Below are positions 52,342-64,000 of a stretch of DNA of 64,000 nucleotides, in pieces (within the stretch, counting starts at the first letter, position 1; the number at the start of each line of letters is the position of its first letter). Below the pieces are notes generated by a model that worked only from the letters and a program-made list of their open reading frames with translations, did not search any database and was not told where the DNA came from. This DNA comes from Eledone cirrhosa (taxonomy: Eukaryota). The stretch covers positions 15,004,001 to 15,068,000 of the forward strand of contig OZ024743.1 in the NCBI GenBank assembly GCA_964016885.1. Direction: 5' to 3'. The translations under genes were made by a program, and so were the position numbers.

Positions 52342-54650
52342 TTAAACCTTATTTAATGTTGGTCTATATTTTTGAATAAACATATTTTCTTTATTTATTC
52401 GCATTTGTTCTGTTGTATTGTTAGCGCAAAGGTAAAATGGGAAGACTTGGAATTTGGGTGTCTTATTACTTGCGCAAATGTCTAGATGTGCACTTAGTGG
52501 TATCTGTCTCGTAGTTGGATCTCGTAATTGTTGGCGATGAACTGTCATTCTGTTTCTGAGTGTGAGTTTAGTTTGTACTATATAATCTACATTGCATCCT
52601 TTACATTTAATGGCATAAAGTAGATTTTTTGATGAGCAAGTGAAGTGATTTTTTACAGTAAAATGTTGTCCTGATTTAAATGTATACGTGTTGCCCTCAA
52701 TGAGGTGAGTCCAGGTTCCACAATTAGAGCGACCACATTTTTTGATACTTGGTTGTGGGTTTGTGGTAGGTAATTTGGCATTGGTGAGTAATGTTTTCAG
52801 TGATTTTGGTTGTCTTTTGCTTTTGATTATTTTGTGTGTTTCAAGGGCTTTTTTCATTCTTGGGTTTTGTTTTATTAGTGGGATGTTATTGTGAATAGTG
52901 TTATAAGCTTCCGCATTTCTTGGGTTGTGTGTTGAGATATATGATAGAATATTGGACGTACCTTGAATTTGTTTCTGTTTCCGTAATTCATCAATGCCTA
53001 TTGCTTTAGCCCTTTCTATTCCATTATTTATTAGTAATAGTGGGTACTCTCTCTCAAGTAGAATTTCCTTTAATTCTTGAAGTCTTTTAATTCGCGTTTC
53101 ATAATTGGAGACAATTGTGCAAATTCTTCTTGCTAGGTTAAAAGGAATGTTCGTCTTCGTGTGCTTTGGATGGTTGGAGGTGAATAGCAGATATTGTTTG
53201 GAATCTGTTGGTTTGTAGTGTATGTCAGTTTCGATATTTGTGTCTTTTTTTGTGATTAAGATGTCCAGAAATGGGAGTTGATCTTGGCTGTATTCCATTA
53301 TGAATTGGATGTGGCTATTGATGCCGTTTATTAAGTTTTTGAAATCCTTAAGTTGGTCGAGTGTGTGGGACCAAAGAATGAGGCAATCATCCAAGTAGCG
53401 TTTCCAATTCTCTGATAAATATTTGTGGAAGTTCAATCCGTATTTTGATTTGGACTGTTCATATATCTGGACTTCTAAGTATGCCATGACTAAGTTGGCA
53501 TAAGTTGGAGCGGCTTTTGTGCCCATCGCAGTCCCCGATATTTGCTTGTAGGTATTGCCATCGAAAAAAAAAGAAGTTGTTCTGTAGGATGAATTTTAAT
53601 CCCTCGGTGATGAAGCTTTTTTCTATTCTGTCAGGTATCTCATTGGGATATTTCTCTAGCCAGAATCCTATTGCTTCTAGTCCGTATTGGTGTGGGATCG
53701 TTGTGTAGAGATTCACTACATCGAAAGACACAATAATAGTGTCGTTGTTGACATGTTTGGGGAGGTGGTTTAAGAGGTCCAGATCGTCTCTTACAAGGCT
53801 TGGTATGTGTTTCAGTATTGGTTTCAGTAGTATGTCTATAAAGTTGCTCAATCTGTGTGTTTCACATTGTGGGCCCGCTACAATTGGTTTTAATTTAAGG
53901 TCTGTGGGGTATTGTGTGTTCACGCAGGCTGAGGTGGATTGTTTACAGGCATCGTTGATTATTTTACATTTGTGGATCTTCGGAAGTCCGTAAAGGTTGC
54001 TGGTTTTGTATTCAAAATTTGTTAAATAATCGCGTTCCTTTTTAGTTAGGTCTTCCTGGTATCGATAAATCAGTGTGTTTAATTTGGTCATTATTTTTGA
54101 TTGCTGATAGTTTTTTTACTCTTTCATAGTAATTAGTATTTTGTAAGAGAGAGAACATAGAATTTTTATATTTTTCAGCCTCCATAATGACAACAGAACT
54201 TCCCTTGTCCGCTTCCTTAATTACAATGTCCGTATTGTTTTTTAGTTCATGGATAATCTCCCATTCCCTTCGACTTGTGTTGGGTTTGGGTTTAGGTTGC
54301 GGTAGTTCATGGTATGGGAAGATAGCTATGTGGTCACAAAATTTGTTCAGAACTCTGTTTCTACCTATTGTTGGGTTGTAGCTGGTTTTATTCCGTACAA
54401 TTGATTCGTCGTTATTCTCCTTGTCAAATAATTCCTCTGTGAGACGTACTTTTCTACAGAAGTGTGAGATAACGTCATTTATCTCGTTGGGGTTAGGATA
54501 TTGTGGTGTTGGTGTGAATTTCAGACCTTTGGAGAGAATTTTTACTTGTTGGGCTGAGAGGTTTGTATTTGAAATGTTAATTATTTTCGGTTTTTCAAAA
54601 TCGGTTTGTGCCACCGGGTGTCGTGAGTCCTGTAGCCTTGGTCTAAAAAA
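52342..54650 (-). pseudogene. PLE RT + GIY-YIG (two frameshifts in homopolymer runs)
   Basis: IINIS..LSKGLKFTP, IKEADKG, GLPKIHK, FDVVNLYT, MGTKAAPTYANL, RYLDD, CGRSNCGT, LLY.I.C.GC..YI.QT. Confidence 0.93.
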
Positions 54651-55783
54651 TGATTTTTCTGGAATGTTTTTTCATTGGTATTATTATATCTAATGGTATT
54701 TCCCCTGTTGTTGTGTGGTCTTGTATAGAAGTTTCGGACGTATTGAGGTTCGGTTTGTTGATAGTCCGGGTTGTAGATTTGGTTCCTTTGTGTGGGTTGG
54801 GATCTATGGTTTTGGAACAGGCTCTGTGTGGGCAGGGGTCTACGGTTTTGGAATAGGTTTTGTGTGGGTTGTGATCTGCGGATCAGGTCCTGCCTTGTGT
54901 TCGGGGATCTTTGGTTTTTGTTAGTAGGGTTATAGTTTTGTCTATGGTTTCTGGGATTATCGTTATAGTTTTGCTGGGAGTATGTTGGACGTTTTGTTAC
55001 TTTTTTTGTTATTTGTTGTGCATGTGGTGTGTGAGTTTTAGTTTGTTTTAAAAATGGGTTACCTGTATGTTGTTCATTTTTGAAGTCCATTTCGTAGTTG
55101 TTGAACCAGGTGGCGTTTTTTTCCCATCGCTGGAGGGATGTGAGTTCTTCATCCTCACAGTTTTCTTTCCAAAGTTTTAGGGTCTTTTTGTAGAGTAGGC
55201 CTTCAGAGTGCTTTGAGATTTCTGTGTCCATCTGTTGGTCGAGGGACTTGAATTTTTCTTCGTTGGAGTTGGCTCTTAATCGCAACAGTTCTATTTCTGT
55301 TTTAAATTTTTCCAATGCCATCTTTTCCCTAAGTCTTTGTTGGTTTTCTGGTTCATTCGGGATGGGTTTTATTTGGAGTTTTTGGGGGAGGATGATTGGG
55401 GTAGAATTTAGCCACTTTTCATATATGTCTGCCTTGCCATTATTTTTTAGGAGATTCCAAAGGGCGAATTTGCGGGCTGTGAGCTTTTGAGTCCATATGT
55501 TGATTAGGGTGTTTTTCACTGAGTGGACATCTCGTAGATTGGGTTCTAACGGTTGTTCAAGCTTTTGGAGCATTGCTGTTTCAATGGTTTCGATTAGCTT
55601 AGTTAATACTGGAGTGATATTCGTCTCTTGGGTATTTTCTGTTTCTTCGTGGGGTCCTTTTTTATAGATGTGTATTTGGTCCACTTTGTTGGTCAAAATT
55701 GAGAGTTTAGAGGAAATCTCTTTGAGTTCATTTAAGATGTCCTGGTTCAGTGAGTTGTTGTTTTGTTGAGACTTTGGTGGCAT
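54581..55783 (-). CDS. PLE ORF1: coiled-coil protein with a Q/N/R-rich C-terminus
   Basis: Intact 400-aa ATG-initiated ORF inside the element. It has heptad-like L/E/K segments and overlaps the RT frame. Confidence 0.75.
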   Translation of the reverse strand: MPPKSQQNNNSLNQDILNELKEISSKLSILTNKVDQIHIYKKGPHEETENTQETNITPVLTKLIETIETAMLQKLEQPLEPNLRDVHSVKNTLINIWTQKLTARKFALWNLLKNNGKADIYEKWLNSTPIILPQKLQIKPIPNEPENQQRLREKMALEKFKTEIELLRLRANSNEEKFKSLDQQMDTEISKHSEGLLYKKTLKLWKENCEDEELTSLQRWEKNATWFNNYEMDFKNEQHTGNPFLKQTKTHTPHAQQITKKVTKRPTYSQQNYNDNPRNHRQNYNPTNKNQRSPNTRQDLIRRSQPTQNLFQNRRPLPTQSLFQNHRSQPTQRNQIYNPDYQQTEPQYVRNFYTRPHNNRGNTIRYNNTNEKTFQKNHFLDQGYRTHDTRWHKPILKNRK

Positions 55784-56036
55784 TTTCGGTCTTCGTGTGG
55801 TGGGTATATATGAGAAAGTGAGTTTTTTTTTACAAAATGAAAAATAACCGAGGTGTCCTACACGAGTGGAAGTATAAAGAAAAAGAGATGAAATCGAAAA
55901 TGCAACTGAAGTCTTATTTTTTTTTTAAATATATATATTTATTTGGTTCCTTTACCGGTTTCGCAGTTCTTCTGCTTTTCAAAAGGTGAGTTGAGATGGA
56001 GGGTCTGTGGTTTTTCTCACATCTGTGGTTTTTCTC

Positions 56037-58162
56037 AGATTATCCATGAACTAAAAAACAATACGGACATTGTAATTAAGGAAGCGGACAAGGGAAGTAC
56101 TGTTGTCATTATGGAGGCTGAAAAATATAAAAATTCTATGTTCTCTCTCTTACAAAATACTAATTACTATGAAAGAGTAAAAAACTACCAGCAATCAAAA
56201 ATAATGACCAAATTAAACACACTGATTTATCGATACCAGGAAGACCTAACTAAAAAGGAACGCGATTATTTAACAAATTTTGAATACAAAACCAGCAACC
56301 TTTACGGACTTCCGATGATCCACAAATGTAAAATAATCAACGATGCCTGTAAAGAATCCACCTCAGCCTGCGTGAACACACAATACGCCACAGACCTTAA
56401 ATTAAGACCAATTGTAGCGGGCCCACAATATGAAACACACAGATTGAGCAACTTTATAGACATACTACTGAAACCAATACTGAAACACATACCAAGCCTT
56501 GTAAGAGACGATCTGGACCTCTTAAACCACCTCCCCAACATGTCAACAACGACAATATTATTGTGTCTTTCGATGTAGTGAATCTTTACACAACGATCCC
56601 ACACCAATACGGACTAGAAGCAATAGGATTCTGGCTAGAGAAATATCCCAATGAGATACCTGACAGAATAGAAAAAAGCTTCATCACCGAGGGATTAAAA
56701 TTCATCCTACAGAACAACTTCTTTTTTTTCGATGGCAATACTTACAAGCAAATATCGGGGACTGCGATGGGCACAAAAGCCGCTCCAACTTATGCCAACT
56801 TAGTCATGGCATACTTAGAAGTCCAGATATATGAATAGTCCAAATCAAAATACGGATTGAACTTCCACAAATATTTATCAGAGAATTGGAAACGCTACTT
56901 GGATGATTGCCTCATTCTTTGGTCCCACACACTCGACCAACTGAAGGATTTCAAAAACTTAATAAACGGCATCAATAACCACATCCAATTCACAATGGAA
57001 TACCGCCAAGATCAACTCCCATTTCTGGACATCTTAATCACAAAAAAAGACACAAATATCGAAACTGACATACACTACAAACCAACAGATTCCAAACAAT
57101 ATCTGCTATTCACCTCCAACCATCCAAAGCACACGAAGACGAACATTCCTTTTAACCTAGCAAGAAGAATTTGCACAATTGTCTCCAATTATGAAACGCG
57201 AACTAAAAGACTTCAAGAATTAAAGGAAATTCTACTTGAGAGAGAGTACCCACTATTACTAATAAATAATGGAATAGAAAGGGCTAAAGCAATAGGCATT
57301 GATGAATTACGGAAACAGAAACAAATTCAAGGTACGTCCAATATTCTATCATATGTCTCAACACACAACCCAAGAAATGCGAAAGCTTATAACACAATTC
57401 ACAATAACATCCCACTACTAAAACAAAACCCAAGAATGAAAAAAGCCCTTGAAACACACAAAATAATAAAAGCAAAAGACAACCAAAATCACTGAAAACA
57501 TTACTCACCAATGCCAAATTACCTACCACAAACCCACAACCAAGTATCAAAAAATGTGATCGCTCTAATTGTGGAACCTGCACTCACTTCATTGAAGGCA
57601 ACCCGTATACATTTAAATCAGGACAACATTTTACTGTAAAAAATCACTTCACTTGCTCATCAAAAAATCTACTTTATGCCATTAAATGTAAAGGATGCAA
57701 TGAAGATTATATAGGACAAACTAAACTCACACTCAGAAACAGAATGACAGTTCATCGCCAACAATTACGAGATCCAACCACGAGACAGATACCACTAAGT
57801 GCACATCTAGACATTTGCGCAAGTAATAAGACACCCAAATTCCAAGTCTTCCCATTTTACCTTTGCGCTAACAATACAACAGAACAAATGCGAATAAATA
57901 AGGAAAATATGTTTATTCAAAAATATAGACCAACATTAAATAAGGTTTAATATACATTATGTCAACACCACAATATGACATACTCACACACACATAACAC
58001 CTTGTACTTTAGAAAATAAAAACCCGAACTAAATAAACCTTAACATACGTTTGCACTGGCAATACAACAGCAAACACGAAAAAGTCAGGAAAATATGTTT
58101 ATTCAAAAATATTCCTACTAAAGGAATCACTTTCCTACACACACACATACACACACACACAC

Positions 58163-58203
<41 letters not shown>

Positions 58204-59178
58204 TCTTCATCTTAACATGCTAACCATACTCCCACACACATAACACCCATACACACACATAACAACCCCCACACCTACAACTCCCTCCCCATTTCTACTA
58301 ATAGAACCACATTCCTACACACATATATATATACACACACACAAAATATATATTCTCTCCATCTTAACATACTCGCACACACACACATAACACCCATATA
58401 CACACACACACAACTCCCTCCCCCATCTCTACTAATAGAATCATCTTCCAATACACACATACACACACACACACATATATACACACACACAAGCACACAA
58501 ATAAACACATATCTTCAGTCTCAATAGAAAATCTGAACTCTGACACCTGAACTCTGACAGCTGGCCATATTCACTGAACCAGAACATTTCTCCCAATCCC
58601 TTTTCCCTTGACCACTATCTCTCCATTGTCATAACATTCGCTATAAAGACTACAGAATAGTTTTACAAATAAGGGCGCAAAAATGTAATGAAAACTTGTT
58701 CACGTGACAGCCAAATTTCATTTATAACCAACCAAAAAAAGCCTTCGTGAGCCTCATTTTTTCAAGTAAAAAGAAATTCAAACACTCATATATGAAAAAA
58801 CAACCTGTGACAACCCCCCCCCCCTCTCTTATTTGAAGAACTATTGTAACGCGAACTGGCGCGAAATTTATTATAATTATTGACAAACCAATCAAATTAC
58901 TTCTCGAAAAACCTGGCTTTCGAGCCACTTTTTCCATATAAAACAAGTAACATTTAGAGACCAACCAGATGTGAGAAAAACCACAGACCCTCCATCTCAA
59001 CTCACCTTTTGAAAAGCAGAAGAACTGAGAAACCGGTAAAGGAACCAAATAAATATATATATTTTTTTTAAAAATAAGACTTCAGTTGCATTTTCGATTT
59101 CATCTCTTTTTCTTTATACTTCCACTCGTGTAGGACACCTCGGTTATTTTTCATTTTGTAAAAAAAAACTCACTTTCT
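56037..59178 (+). mobile_element. Inverted, 5'-truncated copy of the same PLE
   Basis: 56037-59118 is the reverse complement of 51195-54259 with scattered differences and its own stops and frameshifts. Confidence 0.95.
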
Positions 59179-59396
59179 AATATATATATATATATATATA
59201 TGTAGGAGGTGAGTTTTATTGTAGCACAATAATGCAATGCAAATATCGGATAAGTAGCACTCTATAGTTTGTAGGACTGGAGTATAAATAATATAAGATC
59301 AAAAGATCACCTCCTACATTAACTTGCTCCTTAATGGTTGAGCGCTAACCCACATATCGGATACCTGTTGATGGTCTTTCATTTTTCTTCTACAAC

Positions 59397-61790
59397 ATGG
59401 ATTATTACAACATAACCACTTCAACTAAAGACATTCCTATACCTGGTAAATCTGAATTCACCAAACTTCTGATTGAAAGAACTGACTCCTTTATGAGAAG
59501 GCTTCGATGGATAGCTTTTTTCAATGACCAGCGCCTAAAAGGAAATTTCTGTACTAAGGAACATAACTTTCTTGATCATTTATTTAACTCTAGAAGAAAT
59601 CCTCCTTCCAACAAAAATCTAGTGCAATTCGAGGAAGAATTAACTAATATTATAAACAATCTTAAATTAAAGAGAAACCCTTATAGAGGACAAGAGCACC
59701 TTTTAAATCTCAGGAATACGATTTTAAACCTTAATTCCACTAAAAATGTCTTAGTCCACTCCGACAAAACAAATAATTTATATGGTATATCTAGGGATAA
59801 CTATAATAACCTTATCCTTAAAGGAATAAGGAAGAAATATCGTAAAACTAACCATGAATAATTGGAATCCATAAACTTTGAAGCTTCTGAGATTATGTCA
59901 AAACTTGGCATTGAAAAAAAGACCGAACCATTCCTCCAAAGAACTCCGAGTATAAATCTCAAGGATCATAAAAGTAACTTTCGAACGGAACTACCTGTTA
60001 GACTAATCGCCCCCTCTAAATCAGATCTGGGGGTCGTTAGTAAAGCCATCTTGGATAGAAATATCCCACAGGTTCATTCTAATTGCTCTATGTCTAACTT
60101 AAATTTATGTTTTGGTACATCTGAAGTAATTGGCTGGTTCATGAACCAGAATAAGGAAAACAAACAAAAATTTATTCAATTTGATATCGCCAGCTACTAT
60201 TCTTCTATTTCGCCTTCACTTCTCAACAATGCTCTATCTATCGCTTTTAAATATTCTGACATCACCACAGATGAACTTCACATCATTCTCACCGCAAGAA
60301 AAACCATCTTAGAATTCAACAATGAATACTGGACTAGAGCTGATACCTCCAACAACTTTAATATCACAATGGGTGCTTCCGATTCATCGCAATTGAGTGA
60401 TTTGATTGGTATTTTTATTTTGAATTCTGTAAATCGGAAAATTCCTCAACTTCGCGGTGGAATTTACGATGGACTTTTTACTATCGTATATTGCAATTTA
60501 GTTAATCTTAATATTATTAAGAACAATATACCTGATCTCTTTATGCAACATAACCTTAAAATCGAATTTGATAACAAAGTCAAACTAGCTAAGTTCTTGG
60601 ATATATCCCTTAATCTTGACACTGGACTATATTACCCTTACTATAAAAACAATGAAAATCTAAATTATGTTAATTTTAAATCTAACCACCCCATTAACAT
60701 TAAAAATGCTATTGTTAGTAATATTGGAAAAAGAATATCAAACCTATCCTCTAATAAATATATTTTGATGCTAACGCCAATTACTATAATAATGCGCTTT
60801 CTAAAGCCGGTTATCCTGATAAAATTAAATACAGTAAAGAAACCAATCCTAGAAGGTCTTACAGTAAAATAATTAATTATGATCATTCCAAATAACAGAC
60901 CTAGATACACAAATATAATATGGTATAATGCTCCTTTCTCAATGGCTATTACTAATAATATTCCTAAACTATTATTTAGGGCCTTAGATAAATGCTTCCC
61001 TCCCTCACATATCTATAGTAAAATATTTAACAAACATGCAATAACATTGTCCTATTCCACCTCCTCCAACAACTCCAACATTATCTCTAAACACAACAAT
61101 AAAATATTAAATATTAAATCACATCCTTCTAACACTGAATGTCATAATAATAGCAATAGTACTCCCGACGTCATTGTTAACTCTAGGCTAGATTCTGCAA
61201 ACTCAAATACGCCGTCAAACGTAACTTCGCTGAATGTTCATAATACCAATCTAAATCAGGAAACTATTATTCCTATCGTAAATAACTTCTCCAATCCAAT
61301 TCCTCCTATAAATAACACTAGGTCACTTGTTAATAACTCTGTTAATTTCTCTAATCGCAATTGTAATTGCCCTGTTAAAACTGAATGTCCTCTCAATAAC
61401 CATTGTCTTGAAAAAAACTTAGTCTATGAATGTAAAGTTATAACTGATACGAATTCCTGTACCTATTTCGGTTCCACTTCCACCTCCTTCAAAGTGAGAT
61501 TTTATAATCACAATTCGTCTTTTAGATACCAACTTAAAAGAACTAACACGGCACTCTCAGAACTCATATGGTCCTTGAAAGACAAAAATATTAACTATAA
61601 GATTTCTTGGAGGAAAGTTTGTTCTGCCTCTCCCTATTTGAATGCTTCCCTATCCAGAATGTGTAATCTTTGCCTATCTGAGAAATTTACCATTATATCT
61701 AATTTAGATTCTATAATAAATAGACGCACTGATTTATTTTCTCTCTGCTTACATACATTCCACAGAACATTCCATAAAGGTAATATCTAA
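59397..61790 (+). pseudogene. Naiad-type RT + GIY-YIG polyprotein (stop, frameshift, damaged YxDD)
   Basis: STKDIPIP, LKDHKSNF..RLIAPSKS, QFDIASYYSSI, TMGASD, IIWYNAPFS, CNC....CPL...C, LVY.C..YFGST, CNLCLSEK. Confidence 0.85.
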
Positions 61791-62907
61791 TACTTTACTA
61801 GTTTAAAATCCTTTTTCTCAAAGGCTTCTATATATATATATATTTTAATATATCCATCTTTCTACCTTATTTCAATATTATTTATTATACATTATATAAT
61901 ACAAGTTACTCATTCTATATCATTCCTCTTTATCACTTTCCTTTCTTCCTCTTTTCTTTATTCTTTTTAATTTCTAACCTCTAATCTGTACTTTTTCTCC
62001 CTAACTACTTCTCAATTCTTATTATTACTCACCACAACATATCCACTCTTCCATCTTTCTTCATATCATTGGCCATAAACATTATTATTATCTTTTAAAT
62101 ACATTATAGTATTACCTTTAATAATCCTTCGTAAACATAAACATTTTTGTGACGTTAGATGTTTCTTCCTTAAGTTCCTTATCTCTTCCTTTCATGCTCG
62201 TTTGACTTTTACATATTACATATTACAATACATAAAAACAAACTTAAACCCTAACTAATTTCATTAAATATATTATATTAGAAAATATCTCGTAAACATA
62301 TATAATTTGATGTTAGATATTTTTTCTTCCTTAAACAGTCTTTTCTTCTTTGCTTTCTGCGCTCATTTGTAAACAAACTATTTACAATATATTACGCACA
62401 AACTTAAACACTAACTAATTCCTCTAAATTCATAACTCATCCACTCTTCTATTTCTTTTCCCATTATATCCTTAATAACATTAATATTTTTATTTAATAA
62501 TACATATTAACAATTTCTTTTCCTCGCACATATTATTAAACCCTTCGATATACAAACCTTAATTAAATATTATTCTTAACCCCTTTTTCTCTTCATCAAC
62601 TTTTAATTTCAAATTCTTTGAAATTATCTATTATCTTCCAACGGCTTTTTAACTTCTCTCTGTGAGACAATATATATTTTTCTCATGTGTAAAGGCTATC
62701 TCTCTCTCTCTATCACCCATCTCTCCTCCTCTTTCATCATACTGCTCCCCACCATTCTCTACTCTCATCTCCTCCTCTTTCTTACCCTTTTCAACCCCCC
62801 CCCCCTTACTTTTTCCCAATATCACACATCAATCTTAAATTATTTTTTATATGTTGATTTAAAACTTCACTATTCACAAGTGTTTTTTAAGCTTTATATC
62901 AGCTATC

Positions 62908-62980
62908 CTTATTTTATCTGCTGAAAACGCAGATATCATCTCATGATGATATTTGTTTTTGAAATGCGCATAATAAAATA
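62908..62980 (+). ncRNA. Degenerate hammerhead motif
   Basis: ATTTTAT..CTGAAAA c GCAGATATCATC tcat GATGATATTTGT..GAAAT gcgc ATA ATAAAAT. G8 is changed to A. Confidence 0.45.
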
Positions 62981-63013
62981 CTTGGAACTCTTTTAACCAT
63001 CTGTTTATCTTAT

Positions 63014-63447
<434 letters not shown>

Positions 63448-63856
63448 ATAAATTACCACACACACAAATACAGAGATGGGAATAAATTACCACACACACA
63501 AATACAAACACACACACAGACATACCTACACATACCACCCACGATTAACTAAAAGAGAATATATGTATATTTAAAAGAAAGAAAATATGTTTGTGTACCC
63601 GGCTACTTACTGAACCATATTCACCCAATATGCACAGTGAAAATAACGTTTCACGTTCCTATATCTAGTATGATCATTATTATAATATTTGTCATTATGA
63701 TAGTGATAGTCATGTAATAGGTATAATAATTATTACTACTTTTGTTATTGATATTACTATTATTATTCAGATGTATCGGGAAAGAAAAAGAAAACAAGTT
63801 TACGCACACACACACACACACACAACCAAACACATACACATACACACACACCCGCG

Positions 63857-63891
<35 letters not shown>

Positions 63892-64000
63892 TTACATAAA
63901 CAAAAGCCCTGTACTTTGAGTTTAGGGAATTGCGACAAAGACAATTCCAATTTCCCTTGATTACTGAACACAGGGAAAACAGGAATTTGATATTCACTAA

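Larger units (their letters stand above)
51195..56036 (-). mobile_element. Near full-length Neptune-type PLE with pLTR direct repeats
   Basis: 55873-56025 repeats 51195-51345. ORF1 and the RT/GIY-YIG region lie between them. Confidence 0.93.

Noticed and set aside
58825-58880. Possible HHR in the large PLE pLTR (TTGAAGA...GAAATTTATTATA)
   Set aside because: The core is altered and stems I and II are too weak to call.

Overview
This is AT-rich, microsatellite-dense animal DNA, most likely from an octopod cephalopod (inferred from a tRNA-derived SINE I recognise as octopus-type). No host protein-coding gene can be called with confidence, and nearly all short ORFs in the track are microsatellite or antisense artefacts. 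The window is a mosaic of transposable elements. Non-LTR retrotransposons: the 3' half of an R4/Dong-type RLE element ending at (TAA)n, plus decayed CRE-like, Tx1/L1 and RTE-like LINEs. DNA transposons: Chapaev3, hAT, Tc1/mariner-like and Ginger-like elements or MITEs, and non-autonomous Helitrons carrying a satellite built from tandem mariner-like MITEs. Penelope-like elements (PLEs): at least four families (two Neptune-type, one Naiad-type, one GIY-YIG fragment). The most interesting layer is RNA-level. About ten hammerhead-ribozyme (HHR) motifs are present. Two non-coding retrozyme-like units of about 400-440 bp share a 5' inversion, direct repeats, octamer motifs and an HHR. A 1.5-kb non-coding element has HHR-bearing inverted ends. 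A 93-bp retrocopy starts exactly at a predicted HHR cleavage site. One PLE has a coiled-coil ORF1 joined to an AUG-less RT/GIY-YIG ORF by an in-phase UUUUUUA -1 slippery site. All calls are by eye, and coordinates may be off by a few bases.
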